DNA of 64,000 nt, from positions 4,000,001 through 4,064,000 of the forward strand of contig OZ244799.1 in assembly GCA_965219955.1 (NCBI GenBank), written 5' to 3'. The translations under genes and the position numbers were made by a program. This stretch comes from a bacterium. Lineage in GTDB: Bacteria; UBA8248. Shown here piece after piece: positions 8,415 through 17,742 of this stretch (position 1 is the stretch's first letter; every line of letters starts with the position of its first letter). The notes under the pieces are model-generated. The model ran no database searches. It saw only the letters and a program-made list of their open reading frames with translations, and was not told where the DNA came from.

Positions 8415-9590
8415 TCAGGGGCTGTCTGCGGTTGTGGCGTCCCGCGCGGCCATCCTCTTGCTGACTATCTCCTGAAACACCATCAAGAGCCCTTCCTCGA
8501 GACCCAGCATGTGGGTTTCGTTCACTCCGTCCAGCAGGTTGGCCTGAACCCGTTCCGCCATCATGTAATCTTCGTCGTCCAACGTGACCTCCGCGTAGAG
8601 GAAGCGGTTGCGCAACGCTTTCTGCCCCGACTCCCCGACGTATTTATCGGGAAGATAGAGCAGTTCCTGCGAGCAGAGCGTTCGATCCGGGGCCAGCGGC
8701 AAGAACCTGCTGATTAAAATGGTGTCATCGCGCACGATGAAAATCGTGTTGGGGAACAGAACATAAAAAAGCGTTACGAAGTCGATAAGCTTTCTCTGTT
8801 TCTCCGGGACGTTTTCCGCCTCCGGCAAGTTCGTTTGTGCGGCCATAACGCGCAGATGAGGCCCCTCCACGTCGTGAGAAAGAAAACCTTCGCGGAAATT
8901 CGGAGCCAGGGTTCCTTTGTGAAGATGCGCAACGTGGTAGCCTTCCAGGTTCATTTGAACAAGAAGTTTCCAGTTGGCCTTTTTCTCCGTCACGACCCTT
9001 TTGTAGCTGACAAAACGCTCAAGTTGGAACTCCGCGAAATCTTCCGCGAAAGCGCCCAGATCCTGCGCCGGATCGAACGACTCATGTCCAGTTGGGTGAA
9101 CCCATATCAATCCCGTGCTCTCCGCCACCGAACACGCTTTCAGGCCGTAGTCGCGCTTGTCGATGCAAGGAAAGGAGGATGACCGCGGAATACCCCGTAG
9201 CGCGCCGTCCAGGCCATACGTCCACCCGTGAAACGGACAAACCAGCGCCCGCAGCGGTTCGTCTTTCTCCCTGAGAAGAAGCGGTGAGCCCCGATGACGG
9301 CAGGTGTTCAGAAATGCCCGGAGTACGCCGTCTTCGCCCCGGACGACGAAATACGGCCGGCGCGTCCAGTCGCCGAGCATGTAACTGCCAGGCTCACGAA
9401 CGCTGTCCATGTGCCCGGCCACGAGCGGGCTGCCAGAAAACAGCGTCTCGAGCTCGCGCTCGAAGATCTCCTGGCTGGTATAGGCGTCCAGGGGCAGACG
9501 CAAGGCCGTGTCGTAAATCTGTTGGTCTTCGGGTCGCCCGCGGAGTTCAAGCATTCTGTCGAGCAACGCCATCTGACGATCGTGTTTCAT
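8415..9590 (-). CDS. Rieske non-heme iron oxygenase alpha subunit (ring-hydroxylating / choline monooxygenase-like)
   Basis: CRHRG...CPFHGW Rieske motif; NWK...EGYHVAHLH mononuclear iron site; distal DED. Confidence 0.92.
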   Translation of the reverse strand: MKHDRQMALLDRMLELRGRPEDQQIYDTALRLPLDAYTSQEIFERELETLFSGSPLVAGHMDSVREPGSYMLGDWTRRPYFVVRGEDGVLRAFLNTCRHRGSPLLLREKDEPLRALVCPFHGWTYGLDGALRGIPRSSSFPCIDKRDYGLKACSVAESTGLIWVHPTGHESFDPAQDLGAFAEDFAEFQLERFVSYKRVVTEKKANWKLLVQMNLEGYHVAHLHKGTLAPNFREGFLSHDVEGPHLRVMAAQTNLPEAENVPEKQRKLIDFVTLFYVLFPNTIFIVRDDTILISRFLPLAPDRTLCSQELLYLPDKYVGESGQKALRNRFLYAEVTLDDEDYMMAERVQANLLDGVNETHMLGLEEGLLMVFQEIVSKRMAARDATTADSP

Positions 9591-10597
9591 CGTTCCACGC
9601 GCTCCTTTGGTTCAGGTCGAAAGTCCCGTTCGCGCCGGATCGTACGACGCTCGCGGTTATCGAAAAAGGCGCATTCCGCGAGAACGTCGCCGTCCTTTGC
9701 TCCGGCTTCCGCGATCTCCATGTGGAAACGGGTAATCGGTTTATACGGGAAGAACCCCTTCCCGTACTGTTCCGCTGGGTATTCGAGGTTTTTCGCCCGC
9801 TCCAGATCGTAGTGCGACCCGACATCCACAAAGCGCATCGCGTAGGCGGCGCGCTTGGGGAGCGCGCCCTCACCGAGCATGATGCTGCGGTGGACGACCA
9901 TTTTGTTGAACAGGAGCGCGTCGCCGGGCGCAAAATCGTCTTCGATCTGGTGGTTCTCCAGTATCTCGCACATGGTCGGCGAATTCAGGATTCCTTCGCG
10001 CATGGCGAAGTACTCATTTACGTTCGTCCTGACCCCGGCGCGCTCCTTGGCCTCCAGCGTCGAGACGACCGCCGGCTCGATCTGGCGGAAGACGAAATCG
10101 CCCGATATGACGTTCTGGGGGACATAAGCCATTCCGCCCCGCTGGCCCTTCGTATCCACGGGATGCAGCGGCGCCCAAATGGTGCACGCGAATTCCTCAG
10201 CGGGCTGAAAGCCGAAGCTCTGCACGCCGACGTGCCAGGGGAGCCCCTTGCTGACGTTCTTTTCGATTTCAAAGCACAACTCGGCAGTCAGGAAGAGATC
10301 GCATTCGGCCAGATCCGTCAGAGCCCGCCGGAAATAAGGCCGTTCCATCAGTTCATAGACTTGCCCTTTATCGGTCTCGAAGTCATACGTCGTTCGTATG
10401 TCGAGAAGTTCCGCTGAACGAGATTTGTTGAAATCGGTGGCCCCCTCCCCACTCAATTCGACTTCGACACGATTCAGAAGCGTCTCGACCACGTTATCGT
10501 TCAGGAACCCTTCCAGTTTGACGAAGCCGTCGCGCCGGAATTGCTCCTTCTGCTCCGGGGTGATGAAGAACTCGTTGTCGAAAGGATGGCTGCTCAT
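9587..10597 (-). CDS. PhyH-like Fe(II)/2-oxoglutarate enzyme with HxG motif (candidate halogenase), copy 2
   Basis: FRRDGFV N-terminus, WHVG, PGDALLFNKMVVHRS, downstream Arg (KRAAY); AGGAGG RBS; 4-nt overlap with the Rieske gene. Confidence 0.8.
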   Translation of the reverse strand: MSSHPFDNEFFITPEQKEQFRRDGFVKLEGFLNDNVVETLLNRVEVELSGEGATDFNKSRSAELLDIRTTYDFETDKGQVYELMERPYFRRALTDLAECDLFLTAELCFEIEKNVSKGLPWHVGVQSFGFQPAEEFACTIWAPLHPVDTKGQRGGMAYVPQNVISGDFVFRQIEPAVVSTLEAKERAGVRTNVNEYFAMREGILNSPTMCEILENHQIEDDFAPGDALLFNKMVVHRSIMLGEGALPKRAAYAMRFVDVGSHYDLERAKNLEYPAEQYGKGFFPYKPITRFHMEIAEAGAKDGDVLAECAFFDNRERRTIRRERDFRPEPKERVER

Positions 10598-10629
10598 CGT
10601 ATCCTCCTGCGCGTTTCCGCCGGCGATAT

Positions 10630-11607
10630 TCAACCGGCCTGGAGAGAGCGTTCGCGCCGGATGGTACGACGCTCGCGGTCGTCGAAAAAGGCGCATTCCG
10701 CGAGAAGGTCGCCGTCGCTCGCTCCGGCTTCTGCGATCTCGATGTGCTGACGGGTGAAAGGTTTATACGGAAAGAACCCCTTCCCGTACATTTCCACGGG
10801 GAATTCGAGCATCCGCGCCCGCTCCAGATCGTAGTGCGAGCCCGCATCGATGAAGCGCATCACGTAGGCGGCCCGCCTGGGAAGCGCCCCCTCACCGAGC
10901 ATGATGCTCCGGTGGACGACCATTTTGTTGAACAGGAGCGCGTCGCCGGGCTCGAAATCGTCTTCGACCTGGTGGTTCTCGAGTATCTCGCACATGGTCG
11001 GTGAATTGAGGATCCCCGAGCGCATGGAGAAGTATTCGTTTACGTTCGTCCTGTCCCCGGCCCGCTCCCTGGCCTGCAGCGTCGAGACGACCGCCGGCTC
11101 GATCTGGTGGAAGATGAAATCGCCCGATATGACGCGATCGGGGACATAAGCCATCCCGCCCCGCTGCCCCTTCGTATCCACGGGGTGCAGCGGCCCCCAT
11201 AGCGTGCACCCGAATTCTTCCGCGATCTGAAAACCGAAGCTCTGTGCGCCGACATGCCAGGGAAATCCCTTGCTGACGTTCTTTTCGACTTCAAAGCACT
11301 GCTCGAAGGTCAAAAAGAGGTCGCATTCGACCAGATCCGTAAGGGCCCTTCGCAAGTAAGGCCGTTCCAGCAGTTCATAGACAGCGGTCATTTCGCCCGC
11401 GAAGTCATATTTCGCTCGATTGAACATTGCATCGGCCTTGAAACTGTCGGCCTCCCCCCGGTCCATTTCGGCTTCGACACGATTCAGCAGCGCCTCGACC
11501 ACTTCAGAGTTGTAGAACCCTTCCAGTTTGACGAAGCCGTCGCGCCGGAATCGCTCCTTGTGCTCGGGGGTGACGTGGAACTCGTTGTCGAAAGGATGGC
11601 TGCTCAT
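10630..11607 (-). CDS. PhyH-like Fe(II)/2-oxoglutarate enzyme with HxG motif (candidate halogenase), copy 1
   Basis: Close paralogue of 9587-10597 with the same WHVG and VVHRS motifs; GGAGGAG RBS before ATG 11607. Confidence 0.8.
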   Translation of the reverse strand: MSSHPFDNEFHVTPEHKERFRRDGFVKLEGFYNSEVVEALLNRVEAEMDRGEADSFKADAMFNRAKYDFAGEMTAVYELLERPYLRRALTDLVECDLFLTFEQCFEVEKNVSKGFPWHVGAQSFGFQIAEEFGCTLWGPLHPVDTKGQRGGMAYVPDRVISGDFIFHQIEPAVVSTLQARERAGDRTNVNEYFSMRSGILNSPTMCEILENHQVEDDFEPGDALLFNKMVVHRSIMLGEGALPRRAAYVMRFIDAGSHYDLERARMLEFPVEMYGKGFFPYKPFTRQHIEIAEAGASDGDLLAECAFFDDRERRTIRRERSLQAG

Positions 11608-11780
11608 GGCTTGCTCCTCCCATGACTGTCTGTTCACATACATCCGGCTGCCTGGAAAAGTAAGTTAGCATAGCGTGGCGAACGAGGGTAGTTTTTTTTC
11701 AGAGGGAAGGATCCGTGGCGCTTTGGCGGAATGACGGCGGTGGTCAATTCCGACCCGTGAGGACTTCTTCAACAACCCCG

Positions 11781-13922
11781 CTAAGCGAGGGTCCCGTTTC
11801 GTTTCGTTTTGCCTGTTTTCTTGCGCGTCATGACCAGCCGGCCGAGCGGGTCCACCTCCACGCGGAACGAAGGCGGTATGAGTACCGTGGAATCGGGCTG
11901 CTCGATGACCGCGGGTCCCGGAACCCGGTTTCCGCCTTTGAGGCGTTCGCGTTCATAGATGGGACAGTCGATGAAACTACCGGCTTCGCGAAAATGCACC
12001 TTCCGCTCGCCCTTGAGCGCCGCTTTTGGGCTTCGTGAGCCTGCGGCGATTTCTTTCGGGCGAATCCGGTCCGTGAGGCCGATGGCCGAGACGCGGAGGC
12101 TGACGGCCTGGACGCTTTCCGCCTCATCGGAGTAGCTGTACTGGCGCAGGTGCGCGTCGTGAAACGCCCTTCGCGCCTTGCCGAGCCATCTGGCGTTCAC
12201 CTTGCCGCCGGGCAGCGGCACGTTGATCTCGTAGTTCTGAAGCGGGTAGCGCAGGTCGGCCGAGCGCGCGAGCATACGCCTCAATCGGGGCGCCTTCTCG
12301 GCCTTGAGCCATTCGTCCGCCGCAGCTTCCAGCTCGGCCATGAGAGCGGCGATGGAGCCTGCGTTATCCCCGGCGAGGCTCAGGCGGGTGGTGGCCGTGA
12401 AGTCCGCTCTCATGTCCGCCCAAAGCAGGCCGAGGGCTGAGAAAACGCCCGGCGCCTCGGGGATGACGATGCGCGGAATCCCGAGTTCGTCCGCCAGGTC
12501 CGCCGCGTGCAGGGGGCCCGCGCCGCCGAAACCGATGAGCGCGAAATCACGCGGGTCATAGCCCCTGGCGACCGAGACCACGCGCAGGGTGCGGACCATG
12601 TGCGCGTTGACGACTTCAATGACGCCTGCGGCGGCTTCCATGGTGGACAGACCGAGCGGCCCGGCTATCTTCTCCTCGATGGCTTTTTCCGCAAATTCGA
12701 GGTTGAGGCGAGATTCTCCCCCGACGAAATAATCGGGGTTCAGGCGGCCCAGGACGAGGTTGGCGTCCGTGACGGTGGGTTCCTCGCCCCCGCGCCCGTA
12801 GCAGACCGGGCCGGGTTCGGAACCCGCGCTGCGGGGGCCGACTTTCAGAACGCCCACGCCGTCCACCGAAGCGATGGAGCCGCCGCCCGCGCCGCATTCG
12901 GTGAGATCGATGACGGGCGTCTTGACGGGGTACCCCGTGAAGCGCACCGCCAGGGACTGGTGCATGCCCATCCCGATCTCGTATTCGGTGGTGGTCTTGT
13001 AGGCGCCGCCCTCGATGAGGCTCGCCTTGGCCGTGGTGCCGCCCATGTCGAAGGAGATGACGTCGGGCTCTCCGAGCTCTTGAGCGAGAACGGCGGCGGC
13101 GATGACGCCTGCCGCGGGGCCTGATTCGATGAGCGTGTGGGGGCGTTCTCGCGCAGAAGCCGGCGACATCAGCCCGCCGGCGGAGTTCATGATGAGGAGC
13201 TTCTCGGGGCGGTGGCCGAGCCGGGAAACCTCATCGTGCAGCCTTTCCGTATAGCGCGCGAATATGGGCTTCAGGTAGCCGACGAGTGAGGCCGTGCTGG
13301 TTCGTTCGAACTCGCGGAATTCGGGCGTGATGTCGGAAGAAGCGACGATGTGGCGGCCCGGAAGCGCGCGAACGAGATGTTCTTTCACCCGGTGCTCGTG
13401 GGCGGGATTCAGGTAGGAGAAGAGCAGCGCGATCACCACAGATTCGGCGCCCGAGACGTCTAGCGCGTCCGCGAGCCGGTCGAGTTCTTTTTTCGTCAGC
13501 TTTGTGACGACGTCTCCGTTCCACGCCAGCCGCTCGTTCACCTCGAAACAGAGCCGCCGGGGGATGAGGGGCCTGGCCTTCACTTCCTGCAAGTTATACA
13601 GGCTCGGCCTGCGCTGGCGGGCGATCTCGAGGATGTCCCGGAACCCCCGGGTGGCGACCAGGGCGGTGCGCGCGCCTTTTGACTCCAAAACGGTGTTGGT
13701 GGCCACGGTGGTGGCGTGGAGGATGCGCCCCACCTCTCCGGGCGATATGCCTTGCGTCGCCCTCAGGAGTCCGTTTACGAAACAGCCCTCCAGGTTCACC
13801 GGCGTGGTGTCCACCTTATAGGAGGCGATGAGTCCCTCCTGCTCTCCCATGAGGACGACGTCGGTGAACGTGCCGCCGATGTCCACGCCGACGCGGTATT
13901 TCGCTTTCTTCTCAGGAGCCAT
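11781..13922 (-). CDS. hyuA: Hydantoinase/oxoprolinase family subunit A (N-methylhydantoinase A-like)
   Basis: VDIGGTFTD, SGPAAG, DMGGTT, GAGGGS, GPVCYG and PTVTDA motifs. Confidence 0.9.
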   Translation of the reverse strand: MAPEKKAKYRVGVDIGGTFTDVVLMGEQEGLIASYKVDTTPVNLEGCFVNGLLRATQGISPGEVGRILHATTVATNTVLESKGARTALVATRGFRDILEIARQRRPSLYNLQEVKARPLIPRRLCFEVNERLAWNGDVVTKLTKKELDRLADALDVSGAESVVIALLFSYLNPAHEHRVKEHLVRALPGRHIVASSDITPEFREFERTSTASLVGYLKPIFARYTERLHDEVSRLGHRPEKLLIMNSAGGLMSPASARERPHTLIESGPAAGVIAAAVLAQELGEPDVISFDMGGTTAKASLIEGGAYKTTTEYEIGMGMHQSLAVRFTGYPVKTPVIDLTECGAGGGSIASVDGVGVLKVGPRSAGSEPGPVCYGRGGEEPTVTDANLVLGRLNPDYFVGGESRLNLEFAEKAIEEKIAGPLGLSTMEAAAGVIEVVNAHMVRTLRVVSVARGYDPRDFALIGFGGAGPLHAADLADELGIPRIVIPEAPGVFSALGLLWADMRADFTATTRLSLAGDNAGSIAALMAELEAAADEWLKAEKAPRLRRMLARSADLRYPLQNYEINVPLPGGKVNARWLGKARRAFHDAHLRQYSYSDEAESVQAVSLRVSAIGLTDRIRPKEIAAGSRSPKAALKGERKVHFREAGSFIDCPIYERERLKGGNRVPGPAVIEQPDSTVLIPPSFRVEVDPLGRLVMTRKKTGKTKRNGTLA

Positions 13923-15708
13923 GCTGGAGGGCCTCCCTGCGTTTCAGCGCTTCATCGACAAGGGCGTTCGGATAGGACGCCCTGGCGTATTCGAGCGAAA
14001 TCTTTCCGTCCGCGAGATCGGCCGCCAACTCTTCCGGAGGGTGTTCGGCCGGGTCGCCGTACCCGCCGGCCCCGGCCGACTGGCACCTGAGCACATCACC
14101 CTCCCGCATCTCGTGGGGGCCGCCCTTGCTCGGCAGCTTCGTTTCATTCGGCTCCCCGGGATTTTTCAGGTGAATCCCCCTCGCGCCTTCCTTGCCCCCG
14201 AAAAGGGGCCAGGGGGAGAAATCGTGCCGGTCGGCGTGGGCGATGAAGCCCGTGTCGCTGAGCATCAGAAAGTCTTTTCTCGTGGCGAGTCCGCCCCGGC
14301 GGCGTCCCGCGCCGCCGCTGTCGGGCACGAGCTCGAAGCGCTCCACGCGGATGGGGTATTCACTCTCGAGGATCTCGACGGGCAGGTTCGGTATGTTGTT
14401 CGTGTGAATCTGGACGGCGTCCATTCCGTTGCTCGTCTCGCGGCCGCCCATGCCGCCGCCGATGCCGTCGATGCAGATGAACGGCCTTCGCCGGATGGCG
14501 TCGAAGCCGTGGATGTTGATGGAGGTGGTGCCGTGGCCGCAGGCGCATACGCGCTCCGGCGCGACCTTCGACATGACGCCGATGAGCAGATCGGCCAGCC
14601 GCTGGCAGGTGGTGCCGCGTCCGCCCACGGGCGCGGGCGGGCTGGGGTTCACGACGCTCTCCTCGGGCGCTACGAGCCTCACCACGCGCTCGAACGCCGC
14701 GTTCGACCACAGTTCGGGGTCGATGGTCGCCTTGAGCGCGTAGGCGACAGTGGCGAACAGCGCTTCATAGACGACGTTCACGCCGCCCGTTCTCTGCCGG
14801 CTCGAACCCGTGAAGTCGAAAACCATGTGAGGCTCAGGATTATGCGAGATGGTGAGCGTCACCTTGAGCGGTACCGGGCCGGGCACGTGGGCGTCGTCGT
14901 CGAGCTGGTCCTCGAAATCCCACGTCCCCTCGGGCAGTTCCTTTATCTTCGCGCGGATCGTTCGTTCGTTGTAGTCGAGCACGCCTTCCACGAGTTCGAG
15001 AAAACGCCCGGCGCCGTATTTTTCGCTCAGTTCCTGAAGGCGCCGGACGCCCAGCTGGTTGCACGCGGCCTGCGCGCGGAGGTCGGCCGGTCTGTCTTCC
15101 GAGAAGCGCATGTTCAGGAGGATGAAGGAGAAGAGGTCTTCCTGCAGTACGCCCTCCTTGAAAATTTTCATGGGTGGTATGCGCAGGCCCTCCTGGTATA
15201 TCTCGTTGCAGCCCTCGGTCATCGCGGCGCCCGGCTTGATGCCGCCCACGTCCGGCCAGTGGCCCATGTTGGCGACGAAGCCGATGAGGCGCTTGCCGTC
15301 GAACACCGGCGAGGCCACCGTGACGTCGGCGAGGTGGGTTCCGCCGCCGTGGTAGGCGTCGTTCGCCAGGAAGGCGTCGCCGGGCCTGAGTTCTTCCAGC
15401 GGGTAGCGCTTCAGGATGTTGCGGATGATGCTCAGCATCGCGCCCAGGTGCATGGGGATGTGCTCGGCCTGTGCGATGAGGCGGCCTTCGGCGTCGAAGA
15501 TGGCCGTCGAGGCGTCCTGGCGCTCCTTGATGTTCGTGGAGTAGGCCGTGCGGATGAGCGCCGCGCCCATCTCCTCGGCCACCGAGAGGAGGGCGTTCGA
15601 GAAGACCTCGAGCGCGACCGGATCGGGGGTCGCCGATGCGCGCCGCTTCGTGGTCTTCCGGCGCGAGGCCGCTTTTTTCGAACCCGCTTTCGTGCGTCCG
15701 GCCGGCAT
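13912..15708 (-). CDS. hyuB: Hydantoinase/oxoprolinase family subunit B
   Basis: RTAYSTNIKE, HIPMHLG, GGTHLAD, HWPDVGG, QEGLRIPP, GAGGYGDP; AAGGAG RBS; basic N-terminal extension. Confidence 0.9.
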   Translation of the reverse strand: MPAGRTKAGSKKAASRRKTTKRRASATPDPVALEVFSNALLSVAEEMGAALIRTAYSTNIKERQDASTAIFDAEGRLIAQAEHIPMHLGAMLSIIRNILKRYPLEELRPGDAFLANDAYHGGGTHLADVTVASPVFDGKRLIGFVANMGHWPDVGGIKPGAAMTEGCNEIYQEGLRIPPMKIFKEGVLQEDLFSFILLNMRFSEDRPADLRAQAACNQLGVRRLQELSEKYGAGRFLELVEGVLDYNERTIRAKIKELPEGTWDFEDQLDDDAHVPGPVPLKVTLTISHNPEPHMVFDFTGSSRQRTGGVNVVYEALFATVAYALKATIDPELWSNAAFERVVRLVAPEESVVNPSPPAPVGGRGTTCQRLADLLIGVMSKVAPERVCACGHGTTSINIHGFDAIRRRPFICIDGIGGGMGGRETSNGMDAVQIHTNNIPNLPVEILESEYPIRVERFELVPDSGGAGRRRGGLATRKDFLMLSDTGFIAHADRHDFSPWPLFGGKEGARGIHLKNPGEPNETKLPSKGGPHEMREGDVLRCQSAGAGGYGDPAEHPPEELAADLADGKISLEYARASYPNALVDEALKRREALQHGS

Positions 15709-16007
15709 GAAGATATTTCTCCTTCGCCTGGGCGGATGAGGCAACGGGAAGCCGTGCCCCTCATCCGGGGAAATCGTTTTTCCGCTCTTCGTTCAAGGCG
15801 GGGCGTTTCGGGAATGCGCGGCCGCCGCCGGGTGGCTGTAGAGGCGAACGCGCTGTTCACCGGACGCCCGGGTTTTTCGCTGCAACTTCACGGGAAAACC
15901 ACGCGCGCATTCCGCTTCCCGGGCGCAGCGCCAAGGTGGAGCGGATGTGTCGAGCCGCAGGTTTAGAGAGGAAGTTTTACACGAGTTTTCCGCCTGTGGG
16001 CAAAGGG

Positions 16008-16263
16008 GTCGGTGGACTCGCCGAAACAGGCCCGCCCCTGCAGCCTGGCGCGGAAGCGTAGAGCTGCTGCCAAAGAGGCGTAGGCCGCCGAGAGGCCCTC
16101 CTCGTAGAACTCTCCCGGGAACGCCGCCATCCCGGCGCCGGACTCCGGATACCCCGGAACCCTCGAACGCCCGGAGCGCCGTCGCGTACACACGGCGGGT
16201 GTTCTCAGACATCGACGCCCTTGCAAGTACCCCGGCCGGGTCCCTTCCGGGCGTTTTCGTCAT
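16008..16263 (-). pseudogene. Frameshifted N-terminal fragment of a Cre-like tyrosine recombinase
   Basis: ASMSENTRRVYATALRAF continues in another frame as GMAAFPGEFYEEGLSAAYASLAAALRFRARLQG, which resembles the SAM-like core-binding domain. No catalytic domain follows. Confidence 0.55.
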
Positions 16264-16672
16264 GGTGGCGTTTCGTGTCGACTCTGATGGCGTCGTCTCC
16301 GTTGTCATGGTGAGAAGCCAATTGGCTCAGCCTGCAAATTGCCCCAAAGCATTTGACGACGGACAATTCATTCATATCCTCGATACATTGATTAAAAACT
16401 CTGTCGTTTTTGATATCATGTGGCGCGTTAGGGTGTCGCCGGCCCGGCGCAAATCCATGATGGGTCCATACGCCAAACCGTCGGCATTTGAAGAAAACGC
16501 CGCCGCGTTCGAGCCGTTGACTGCAGCCGGGCCGCCTCCGGCTATCCTCTCGAATGGAACAGAGGATATGCCGGCCAGCCGCTTGAGGGGCTTGGCGTCC
16601 CCCCCCACCGCATTTGCGCATCATTGACGGATGTCGCCAATTTCGCCAAATCTCCGATGAACTGAGGACACC

Positions 16673-17017
16673 ATGCTTGCCGTTATTTTTGAAGTTAACC
16701 CAACTGCCGAAGGCAAACAGGAATATCTCGATATCGCCGCCAGCCTCAGGGAACACCTTGTAAAGATTGATGGATTCATCTCCATCGAGCGGTTTCAAAG
16801 CCTGGTGGATGGAGGGAAAATTCTGTCCTTGTCATTCTGGCGGGATGAGGCAGCGCTGTCGGAGTGGCGCAACCTGCTTGAACACCGTCAGGCGCAGGCA
16901 AAGGGCCGCAATGAATTGTTTGCCGATTATCGTATCCGCGTGGCCGAAGTGTCACGCGACTACACGATGACCAAACGCGATGGAGCGCCCAGGGACAGTC
17001 TTGCTGCTCTAGGCTGA
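16673..17017 (+). CDS. Antibiotic biosynthesis monooxygenase (ABM) family protein
   Basis: MLAVIFEV...YLDIAA...GFISIERFQS...LSLSFWRDE...HRQAQAKGR; GAGG RBS. Confidence 0.9.
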   Translation: MLAVIFEVNPTAEGKQEYLDIAASLREHLVKIDGFISIERFQSLVDGGKILSLSFWRDEAALSEWRNLLEHRQAQAKGRNELFADYRIRVAEVSRDYTMTKRDGAPRDSLAALG

Positions 17018-17351
17018 CGCGGGCGGCGTGTCGGATCCAATCACCGGGATAATGTAAATCACCCGGTTCGTGTCACCACCGCACATGCGGAGGGCGACCT
17101 TCGGAGACGGTCGCCCTCAACTCGGGGAGCGCGTTGCACGGGCCGTTCGCGAACGGCCCCCACGGGAGGTGAAGCATGAGCGCGGGGGGAGGTTTTTTCA
17201 ACAGCCCCGTACGGCGCGCTTCCGGGGGTCGGCGAGGCGGTCAGGTGCGTGAACATGGCTGCGGACGCGGGCGCGGATCGAAGGATCCGGATGGCCGCTC
17301 AGGCGAGGCGGGGAGCGCGTAATAATGCAAAAAATAATATGTGAGAAATAA

Positions 17352-17495
17352 GATAAAATCAGATAAATTCAGGGGGTTTTTCGATAAAAAACTGAAAATT
17401 TATTTTTTGAGAATGACGCCGCGGAATCCGGGCGCAGGGGAATTCTGCCATGGCCCGTTACGAATGAGATAACGGCAAATGCGCGGATTTGCGGG
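17352..17495 (-). repeat. Copy 1 of a dispersed bipartite AT-rich motif (TTTATC repeats)
   Basis: The reverse complement matches 55985-56021 (32/37) and 55871-55893 (21/23). Confidence 0.6.
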
Positions 17496-17742
17496 ATGTT
17501 GCGGGGTGATGGGGCGCGGCGGGCCGAATCGTCATGGCCGGAAGCCGGTGATCACCCGCCCGGTGCGGCCGCCGCCGCCGGAGAAGGGGGGGAATCGTCT
17601 CGGAGCCCGGATGGTTCAAGGTCTTGATTCACAAGGATATATGGATACGCTGGGGCGGACTCTCTCCGTAGCCGCACGGATTTGACGCCACTCTCTTGAA
17701 GGGTTCCGCCGGGCCGGACGCATGCACAGGAGGGCATGAAAC

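Noticed and set aside
16372-16625. Possible remnant of a divergent LysR-type regulator upstream of the ABM gene
   Set aside because: The resemblance is faint and no helix-turn-helix could be read in any single frame.
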